From assembly GCA_965205025.1 (NCBI GenBank), contig CBDBFU010000002.1, positions 32,001 through 96,000 on the forward strand: a stretch of 64,000 bases of DNA, in the 5' to 3' direction. A program made the position numbers and the translations under genes. This stretch comes from Candidatus Poribacteria bacterium (GTDB taxonomy: Bacteria; Poribacteria; WGA-4E; WGA-3G). This document shows positions 50,662 through 59,160 of this stretch, in pieces (positions within the stretch are counted from its first letter, which is position 1; each line of letters starts with the position of its first letter). Under the pieces are notes generated by a model that had not been told where the DNA came from, did no database searches, and was given only the letters and a program-made list of their open reading frames with translations.

Positions 50662-51666
50662 TTACCCAATATCCCCGTTAGCAACCATAGTTAAGAGAGC
50701 AGAATCGTCTGCTGTAAGAGGTAAAGTAATCTTTGCCCGTTCTCTACTGGAGTGATAGGTTGCAAAAATAAGCTCTGTCGCCTGAATAGCTTTACGTCCA
50801 CTAAGTTCAGGTTCACGCCCCGTTTTAACGCTATCAATAAGATCAAGTACAGAAAGTGTTGTATCATTACCTTTAGGTGTAACATCGCTTAAATCTGGTA
50901 CTTCCCATTCACTTGAACCTTCACGTAGCATACGGACCGGAGCACCACCGCCAACATCAACGATACCTTTCGTACCAATAATTCGATTGGAAAATCCACT
51001 TAAAGAAACACCACCAGTTGTCAACAAGCCCTCAACACCATTTTTCCACCGTATCCATGATAAGCCACTTGTCTCAACTTGGGTACCAAAGACGATTCTT
51101 TCTTCTGTTACCCCTATTTGACCGATAACCCACTCTGCAGGTTCGTCATTATTATAAAAAAAGAACATATCGAACCAGTGTGTTCCCCAGTCAAGTAGAT
51201 TTGAACACGAACCCTCAAGCCGTCGTATGTCACCAATTGATCCATCATTAGCCAATTGTTTAGCTTTAATGAATTGCGCGCCAAAACGTCTTTGATGACA
51301 AAAAGTAATGACGACGTTATTGTCCTCGCAAGCCTGATAAAGTGCTTTGGCGTCCCCCCATGTAGGTGCCATTGGTTTCTCGGAATGTATGGCTTTGATA
51401 CCACTGTTTGCCGCAGCAATCACCATATCCCTATGAAGCGCAATCCACGTACAAACACTCACAAAATCAAGGGTTTCTTTTTCTAACATTTCATTATAAT
51501 CTTCATAAGTCCGTGGAACATCAAACTGTTTAGAGAAATTATCTCGTGCACCTTCAGCTGGGTCTGAACAAGCTACAATCTCAACATCTGGAGATGCCTG
51601 ATACCCTTGTGCATGGGCACGTCCACGACCACCACAACCTATAACACCTGCTTTAAAAGTTGCCAT
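50662..51666 (-). CDS. Gfo/Idh/MocA family oxidoreductase
   Basis: GVIGCGGRG, EKPMA, HQRRF, LLDWGTHWFD. Confidence 0.92.
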   Translation of the reverse strand: MATFKAGVIGCGGRGRAHAQGYQASPDVEIVACSDPAEGARDNFSKQFDVPRTYEDYNEMLEKETLDFVSVCTWIALHRDMVIAAANSGIKAIHSEKPMAPTWGDAKALYQACEDNNVVITFCHQRRFGAQFIKAKQLANDGSIGDIRRLEGSCSNLLDWGTHWFDMFFFYNNDEPAEWVIGQIGVTEERIVFGTQVETSGLSWIRWKNGVEGLLTTGGVSLSGFSNRIIGTKGIVDVGGGAPVRMLREGSSEWEVPDLSDVTPKGNDTTLSVLDLIDSVKTGREPELSGRKAIQATELIFATYHSSRERAKITLPLTADDSALLTMVANGDIG

Positions 51667-51717
51667 ATATTTTCCTTTCAATTGAATAAATTCGTAGATT
51701 GTTCACTCTGTTGATAC

Positions 51718-51873
51718 TTATTCCTGGTAGGCGGATAAATCCATGTGTTTTCGTCCACGCAGTTCAGCTTCCATTAGTATATCTGTAATTACAGCAGCAT
51801 CATTTACAGACATTCCGCATTTTTTCAAGTAAGATTCAGAGAGTTTCCGCGCTGCATCAATAGATATTTGCAC
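51718..51873 (-). pseudogene. Truncated, frameshifted Ldh_2-family (malate/L-lactate/ureidoglycolate dehydrogenase) remnant
   Basis: Manual translation gives MQISIDAARKLSESYLKKCGMSVNDAAVITDILMEAELRGRK; adding one A continues THGFIRLPGI, matching the family's A(D/E)LRG..HG..RLP motif. The rest of the gene is absent. Confidence 0.7.
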
Positions 51874-52014
51874 GTTTTTCCTATGTTCTTAGTATACATT
51901 TATTATACTCTACCATTAAATCTTAGGTAACTCAAGACTCTTTAGTGGCAGGGTAGGGTTATTTAGTAAGTGAATGGTAAATTTGTTAATATTTATCGTT
52001 TTGAAATGGTTGCA

Positions 52015-52320
52015 CTTTCACGGAAACCTTCACGGAGCAATTTTACGAAGCCTTATTCTATATAGGTTTATAATTTTAATGATACCAATTCTCCGTGAAT
52101 CACATTCGTTAATTATACTATAACTCAATTGTATGTTGAGTGCTTATATGTTTTTCATACGAAGTGTATAGGGACATAGCACTCCGCTGGAGTGCTAGAC
52201 TGTTCCGATATTGTTTTCTATAGACATAGTACTCCGCTGGAGTACGGTATTTTTGGTATAGAAAACTCAAAAAATAGACTTATCATTAGATTCTTAGTTA
52301 CCCCCTGAAATAGAATTGTC
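52015..52320. repeat. Dispersed repeat A (copy 2 of 2)
   Basis: Direct homologue of 28668-28910 with an extra GACATAGCACTCCGCTGGAGTGC unit. Confidence 0.85.
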
Positions 52321-52358
52321 AAAATTATAGTAGTGAAGAATAAACTGTAATTCTCGAA

Positions 52359-53530
52359 AGGGTGTGTAAAGTTTTTGGCATGAATATTACGGAATCATAG
52401 GGTTCTTTTTTCCATGTATTATATTGAACCGAGGGTAATTTTACTGTAATTTTACTGTAATTTTGCTGTTTTTTGATGTTCACAATAGTAATATTTTAGT
52501 TATTTACGTGTTGAATAAAGTTACACTTTTTGTCACATGGTGTGACATTGATAAAACCCCTCTCCCGTCAGTACTACACTGGGTTTAGATCCACATTTTT
52601 AAGGTCACAAGAATTTGTTAAAATTATAAAGTGGTGATGAATTTTGTGTCTTTTACTTTTCTCTTTGATCCATTGATTTAGGATTGTTTGAATGTGAAGT
52701 TTCTTATCCATCCATTTTGACAAGATATTGAAACATATCTCATAAATCATAGATTTGGAGGATTCATTAGTCTTACCATTTGCTATATTTTGAACCAACG
52801 GACAGGGAAACATCAATCCTATGAAGAGAATTATATCTGTATGGACGATTCGTAGTAATGAGATACACTGTAGTTTTCTGTTGTGCATGATAGTCTGTTT
52901 TGTTTGAAGTCGGTCTAATTTTTAGTTTTTCAAGTTTTTTTAGTTTTTCAATTTTTTTTAGTTGCTTTTTAAGAAATGATTTTTTAATGAGCCGTAAACC
53001 CTGTTGGGGATTGGGATAACAAAGAATTTGAGTAATAGGTGTAAAATTTTAAAATTTGAAAAACTAAAAAAATATTCGGTTGAATTCGCATTGATTTTCC
53101 TCTGTATCTGCTTATGAGGTGATAATTCTGAATGTTTTCGTTGTAATTCTAACATGGATTTTCCTATTTCCCAGATAGTGGATTTGGTTGAATTTGGCAT
53201 AAAGTTTAGAAGCCAACATAATTAGTAAATAGTTACACTTTCACGGTATAAACAATATTTCGTATCTTCCAAGTAATGTGTTAGTTTTAGTTTATAATTA
53301 ATGAACGATATAGTATTGTATCATTTTGTTTGCATTTTGACAAATATTTTTAATTTATTTTATATTATTGTGATATATGTGTGTTAGTTGTGATATGTTT
53401 ATATTTTCTTCAAATTATTTTAAGTCTTATGGAAAAAGTGTGAAATTAGAATTTGATACAGTTTATATTAAGAACCTGTATTTGATCCGTTTCTATTACG
53501 TAAATTAATGCCAAAAACTTTACACACCCT
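52359..53530. mobile_element. About 1.17-kb AT-rich non-autonomous element with terminal inverted repeats (repeat B family)
   Basis: AGGGTGTGTAAAGTTTTTGGCAT at 52359 and ATGCCAAAAACTTTACACACCCT ending at 53530 form a perfect 23-bp IR that continues imperfectly inwards. No transposase ORF inside. Confidence 0.75.
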
Positions 53531-53546
53531 GATAACACCAAACACC

Positions 53547-53575
53547 TTGACTCTCGTTGTAAAATGTGTTAAAAT
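53547..53575 (+). promoter_or_regulatory. Putative sigma70 promoter of res
   Basis: TTGACT-17 bp-TAAAAT. Confidence 0.55.
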
Positions 53576-53674
53576 ACCCACTTATTATTACTCATTCGTT
53601 ATATTGATTATTGTAAGATATAATTGTTTTCTATCCAAATTTACGTCCACTCTGTTAAAAGCAAAGAGATAATT

Positions 53675-56360
53675 ATGGCTTTACATCCCGATTTTCCTGA
53701 GTCTCCACATACAGTTATTGACCCCTCAGTACGTTGGACACCAGATGCAACGCAATTGTCCTTAATGGATAGCGATGTTTTACTCCCGCCACTTGTTCAA
53801 AAGATTCGTGAGGCAGTCAAAACGTGGCGTGATGATAACTACAAAGGTGCTTCCGAAACAAGCAAGGCACTGCTCAATTGGTGGTTCAAGACACCACACC
53901 TGCAAGAACAGTCTGATGGTACGACAACAGAGTTTCAATATTACTTTGCCCAACGCGAAGCAATGGAAACTATTGTTTATCTATATGATGTTGTCAAGGT
54001 CCAAGACGAAGTTGATCTGATAAGATTTGACAGTTCAAATGCTGTTTCAAGAGGGATGTTCGATGAAAATTGGCGACGGTTTGTCATAAAAATGGCAACA
54101 GGCACAGGTAAAACAAAGGTAATGAGTCTCGCTATCGCTTGGAGTTTCTTTAATAAGTTGTATGAACCCGATTCTGAACTTTCTCGAAATTTCCTTGTCA
54201 TCGCACCAAACATCATCGTCCTTGACAGACTTTATCACGATTTTCAAGGATTACGTATTTTCTTTGGCGACCCTGTTTTACCTGATAACGGTTTTGAAGG
54301 ACAGAATTGGCGAAACGATTTTCAACTCACCTTACATGTCCAAGATGAAGTGCGGACCACTCGCGCTACCGGAAACATCTTTCTCACAAACATCCACCGC
54401 GTCTATTCTAGTGATCAAACGCCACCATCACCGGATGACGACAATACTATGGACTACTACTTAGGTGAAAAACCAACCGGGGCAACCACAGATTCCAAAG
54501 TGGACCTTGGAGACATCGTCCGAGACATTGACGAATTGATGGTACTAAACGACGAGGCACATCATATCCATAACCCTAAGATGGCATGGTTTAAGTCTAT
54601 TGAGGATATTCACAATCGCCTTGTGCAAAAAGACAGCGAATTGGCTTTGCAGATTGACGTAACGGCAACTCCAAAACACAACAACGGTGCAATCTTTGTC
54701 CAAACTGTCTCGGATTATCCGCTTGTTGAGGCTATTTCGCAAAATGTCGTTAAACATCCAATTCTCCCAGATGATTCAAGCAAGTCAAAACTTAGAGAAA
54801 AACAGAGTGTAAAGTTCACAGAGAGGTATGTGGATTATCTTAATCTCGGCGTTATTGAGTGGCGTAAAGCCTATGCAGAACATGAGAAATTGGGCAAAAA
54901 AGCAATTCTTTTTGTGATGACCGATGACACACGAAATTGTGATGAAGTGGCAGAATTCCTCGAAAATTTCTATCCTGAACTTAAAGATGCTGTACTCACA
55001 ATTCATACCAAGAAAAACGGTGAAATCTCTGAAGCAACAACTGGAAAGAAAAAGGAAGAACTTGAAAAAACTCCGTAAACAAGCGAATGAGATTGATTCA
55101 TGGGAGAGTCCATACAAAGCAATCGTTTCTGTGTTAATGCTCAAGGAAGGATGGGATGTCAAGAACGTCACAACCATTGTGGGACTCCGTGCCTATTCTG
55201 CCGAAAGTAACATCCTACCGGAACAGACTTTAGGACGCGGACTCAGACGAATGTATAATAACCCAGTGGATGAGTCTGTGAGTGTCGTCGGGACCGATGC
55301 CTTTATGGATTTTGTGGAAAAGATTCAAGAAGAAGGTGTTGAATTAGAACGTCAAGAAATGGGTGAGGGGGTTGGTCCTCCACCAGTTCTTGTGATTGAG
55401 GTGGACAAAGAGAATGTCAACAAGGACATTGGCGCACTTGATATTGAAATTCCGATACTGACGCGGCGCGTCTATCGTGAATACAAGAATCTTGAAGACT
55501 TGGATGTTAGAAGTCTTGTCTTTAAACCGATTATCTATCAGTCTTTTGGTGTAGATCAGTTACGAGAGATTGAATTCCGTTATATGACAACAAGTGAGGT
55601 TGCACATACAACAGTTTTAGAAAGTCCCGGTATCGAAGATTATCGTAATGTCCTCGGTTATTTTGCACAAACCCTTATGAAAGAACTCCGACTCGTCAGC
55701 GGTTATGATGTCTTGTATGCAAAGGTAAAAGTATTTATACAACATCATCTATTTGGTGAGACTGTAGCGTTAGATAATCCCAATACTTTGCGTAATCTCG
55801 CGGAGCTTCCCGCTACAAAAACTGTCATTGAAACGTTCAAGCAAGCCATCAACGACTTAACGGTCCAAGACAAAGGCGATGCACAGCTAATCGAAACCAC
55901 TAAAATAAGCAGTACAAGACCCTTTAGGGTGAAAGATAGAGAACATTTGGTTCCAGCAAAATCTGTGTTCAACAAAATCGTTGGTGATAGTCATTTTGAA
56001 TTGGAATTTGCCAGATTTTTGGAAGTATGTCCAGATGTTGTTTCCTACGCTAAAAACTACTACGGGGTGCATTTCAAACTTGATTATGTCAATGCAGATG
56101 GCGATATTTCAAACTACTATCCTGACTTTATTGTCAAGTTGACAGATGAGAGTGTCGTTGTCGTCGAAACGAAAGGATTAGAGGATTTAGATGTACCGCT
56201 CAAAATGGAACGTTTATCGCAATGGTGTAAGGATGTTAACAATATCTCATCAGATGTAAGTTATGATTTTGTTTTTGTTGATGAGGAGAGTTTTCGGACA
56301 TATCAACCAACAACATTTCAGATGTTGCTTGACGGGTTTACTGAATATAAAACAACATAA
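53675..56360 (+). pseudogene. res: Type III-like restriction subunit (SF2 helicase + PD-(D/E)xK nuclease) split by a +1 frameshift
   Basis: YFAQRE, KMATGTGKT, NDEAHH, VTATP in ORF1; MLKEGWDV, EQTLGRGLR, YYPDF..VETKG in ORF2. Removing one A from the A6 run at 55065-55070 gives EELEKLRKQA. Confidence 0.88.
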
Positions 56361-56408
56361 CGATGCCTTAAACCGCAATGATAATGTAGTGTTGTAAAGT
56401 AATAATTT

Positions 56409-56437
56409 TTGACATTCATACTAATTTGTGTTAGGAT
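56409..56437 (+). promoter_or_regulatory. Putative sigma70 promoter of the ParA-HEPN pair
   Basis: TTGACA-17 bp-TAGGAT, about 50 bp upstream of the AGGAG RBS and ATG. Confidence 0.55.
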
Positions 56438-56486
56438 TTTAAACGAGATTTATTACATATTTTACCTTTTGAGAGGAGATAGCATT

Positions 56487-57581
56487 ATGAAAGCTTACGC
56501 ATTCTGGAACAACAAAGGAGGTGTCGGAAAAAGTTTCTTAAGTTTTGTTGCAGCAACTGAGTATGCCCGTACTTACCCAAACACCGATGTCTATGTTATA
56601 GACCTTTGCCCGCAGGCAAATATCTCTGAGATGTTGCTATTAGATTCCGAAATCTTAATTAATTCCAAGGACCAACTGCCAATATTTAGTTATGAGGTAG
56701 TCCGTGAAAATTTTGATCCAATACACAAACTGATAGGAAAAAATCCGCGTGCTACAGTTGCGGGCTACCTTGAAGCGCGACTGAATTCTCCATTCAAACT
56801 GATTGAGGATGTATCTCCTTATGTGTGCCGTCCTCAGAACTTCAATACAAAACTACCCGAAAACTTACTTTTGGTATGTGGTGATTATCTGTTGGAAATC
56901 CTCTCAGAAGCAATTAGACAAACCTCTCAACTCGCCATTCCAGTAGATGCATGGAAGCAGGTCCTCAGTTGGATCAAAGATCTAACATCTGCGTTACGTA
57001 AGCGCAGCGGAAGCAGAAATGCCCTTTTTATCCTTGACTGTAATCCGAGTTTCGCTGTCTATACGCAATTGGCTCTCGCTGCAGCTGAAAACCTTGTAAT
57101 ACCTTTTACACCTGATGATAGTTCGCGGAGAGCTGTGGAGAATGTCGTTGCGCTACTTTATGGTCACGGTATAGGTGACCCGAAGATAGAAACTTATGCG
57201 AAAATCAACTTCGCTGATAAAGCAAAGGAAGAAAGTTTAGATGTTCCGAAGCTTCATACCTTTGTCAGTAATCGCGTAACCCTTTACCGTGGCACAGCAA
57301 GTAAGGCTTTTGAAGCAATGAGTGAATCCATCAAAGAAACAGTGAATAGGCTTCATGAGGAACATCCGAAGATCTATGCAACTCCAAAGGAGTTCCCGAG
57401 TAAAAGGTTCATAGAGGTCCCCGACTATCACAGTGCATGTGTCGTCATGACAGTTAAAGGAATACCCTTAGACAGCCTTCATGCCAGAGAATATATGATT
57501 CGCAAAAAGCGGGTTCAACTTAGTCCTGAACCTTTAGATCGGTATCGTGAAGCACTCACCGAATTTGTAAGTTATCTTTAA
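56487..57581 (+). CDS. ParA/Soj-family ATPase
   Basis: Deviant Walker A NNKGGVGKS, IDLCPQAN, LDCNPSF, LVIPFTPDDSS; start MKAYAFW after AGGAG. Confidence 0.88.
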   Translation: MKAYAFWNNKGGVGKSFLSFVAATEYARTYPNTDVYVIDLCPQANISEMLLLDSEILINSKDQLPIFSYEVVRENFDPIHKLIGKNPRATVAGYLEARLNSPFKLIEDVSPYVCRPQNFNTKLPENLLLVCGDYLLEILSEAIRQTSQLAIPVDAWKQVLSWIKDLTSALRKRSGSRNALFILDCNPSFAVYTQLALAAAENLVIPFTPDDSSRRAVENVVALLYGHGIGDPKIETYAKINFADKAKEESLDVPKLHTFVSNRVTLYRGTASKAFEAMSESIKETVNRLHEEHPKIYATPKEFPSKRFIEVPDYHSACVVMTVKGIPLDSLHAREYMIRKKRVQLSPEPLDRYREALTEFVSYL

Positions 57582-57590
57582 AGGTTTCTT

Positions 57591-58193
57591 GTGCCATCAC
57601 CAGCAGCATTGAAGTACACGGACTCGGCAAATCGCATACAGACGCTTCGTAGAGCAGCAACAGATAGGCGATTACGCCCTATGTCCCATGATGAGATACA
57701 GGTTTTCTATCACGCAGCTCTTACCAGTTACGTCGCAGCGTGGAATGCATACATTGATAACTTAGTGCGTAACTTCTATGATGTGATAGTAGATCCTGCG
57801 AACCCTGAATTTGACGCTATACATACACTCGCCAAAGGTGTAGTAGAAAATGCCTTGGTAAGATTCAATACTCCAAACTGGGAAAACACACGCGATCTCC
57901 TCAATCAATACACGGGATACGATCCTATCAACGATTGGGGCGGATCTCAAGGGAATATGAATCTCCAACAGATCCATCAACGATTAAATGAGATATTACG
58001 GGTACGCCATAGTCTTGCACACGGTTCCGATATGCCTGCTTATAATTGGACACAATCACCAAGTCGCAGTGTCCGCCTAACCAGCAAAGCTATTCAAGAG
58101 ACTGAGGCTTTCTTCAAAAATCTTGTTAAGGTTACGGACAAGGGCATGAAAGAACATATTAAAGACACTTATAAACTTACCAACATTTGGTGA
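57591..58193 (+). CDS. HEPN-domain protein (RiboL-PSP-HEPN/MAE_28990-like), predicted RNase
   Basis: Helical protein with VAAWNAYI, FNTPN and RVRHSLAHG (Rx4H); starts 9 bp after the ParA stop. Confidence 0.75.
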   Translation: MPSPAALKYTDSANRIQTLRRAATDRRLRPMSHDEIQVFYHAALTSYVAAWNAYIDNLVRNFYDVIVDPANPEFDAIHTLAKGVVENALVRFNTPNWENTRDLLNQYTGYDPINDWGGSQGNMNLQQIHQRLNEILRVRHSLAHGSDMPAYNWTQSPSRSVRLTSKAIQETEAFFKNLVKVTDKGMKEHIKDTYKLTNIW

Positions 58194-58365
58194 CTAATAC
58201 CTTAATAATTCCAACTCACACTGTTTTTCTGAAGGCACATTATAGTAAAAACCCTTTATTCTCAGTTTTCGCTCCAGCGGAGAAATATGTCTATAGTAGT
58301 TGATAAATCCCGTAAAGGCGAGGTACCCTCGCCAATTCAATAGTTGATCGGTGGTGGTATATGAT

Positions 58366-59109
58366 ATGAAGGTTAACTACTCCGAAGAACTACCACATGC
58401 TTTTGTTGTTGGACCAGATGAACTAAAAAAACTGGTTGGACTACTGCAAGAGTGTATCGGTGAAGTTAGTCTTAGTGTTGATTGTATAGATAAATTACAA
58501 CGCGAATTCCCTACAGTAAAAGATCTCATTGATTATGAAAATCCCAAGTCAAAAAGGATTTGTCGTATCTATCTGAGTGCCCGCGAAGATATTGAAAAAT
58601 CCGCCACAATTACTTTCCGTGATGCCTCCTCTTTTAGCGGAGGCGTATCACTTAGTATAACTGCACGCGAAGACGTTGTTTTGAGATTAAAAGATAAAAT
58701 GTTGGATATTGTTGCGGGGACGCGTCCATGGTATAACTCACTCGCTCGCTCTGATTTAGCCTCCCAAACTGGACTTGTCTTTTATTTTTTATCTTTTCTG
58801 GGAGTAATTGTCTTGAGCACATTCATTGCCTTCAAATTTGGACTTATCTCGGATTCCAAAGAAGGAATGGAATTCGGTGATCAATTAAGGTCCTTTATCT
58901 GGTTCACATCTGCTATTTTTGTCATTGTGTATTTAGCATTCTTTTCTAAACTACTCAAGTGGTTATTTCCATTAGCTGTTTTTACTATCGGTCAAGGAGA
59001 ATATCGATTTGAGACATTGAAACGAGTTCAGTGGGGTGTAGTAATCTCTTTGGCAGTTTCACTTGCTGCTGGATGTCTACTTCTGATTTTTCAAGTAATT
59101 GCTGCATGA
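58366..59109 (+). CDS. Hypothetical membrane protein (soluble N-terminal domain + about 3 C-terminal TM helices)
   Basis: Long ORF with hydrophobic segments LVFYFLSFLGVIVLSTFIAF, FIWFTSAIFVIVYLAFF and WGVVISLAVSLAAGCLLLIF. Confidence 0.75.
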   Translation: MKVNYSEELPHAFVVGPDELKKLVGLLQECIGEVSLSVDCIDKLQREFPTVKDLIDYENPKSKRICRIYLSAREDIEKSATITFRDASSFSGGVSLSITAREDVVLRLKDKMLDIVAGTRPWYNSLARSDLASQTGLVFYFLSFLGVIVLSTFIAFKFGLISDSKEGMEFGDQLRSFIWFTSAIFVIVYLAFFSKLLKWLFPLAVFTIGQGEYRFETLKRVQWGVVISLAVSLAAGCLLLIFQVIAA

Positions 59110-59160
59110 TATTATACTACCCCAAAACTCATAGTATAATCCTAATTAAAAGAGAAACCT

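Noticed and set aside
52574-53200. ORFs 52574-52888 and 52958-53200 as transposase fragments
   Set aside because: Low-complexity AT-rich translations with no DDE, HUH or HTH motif recognisable.
56487-57581. ParA as a chromosome or plasmid partition gene
   Set aside because: No parB, parS or rep nearby, and it lies inside an R-M locus coupled to a HEPN gene.
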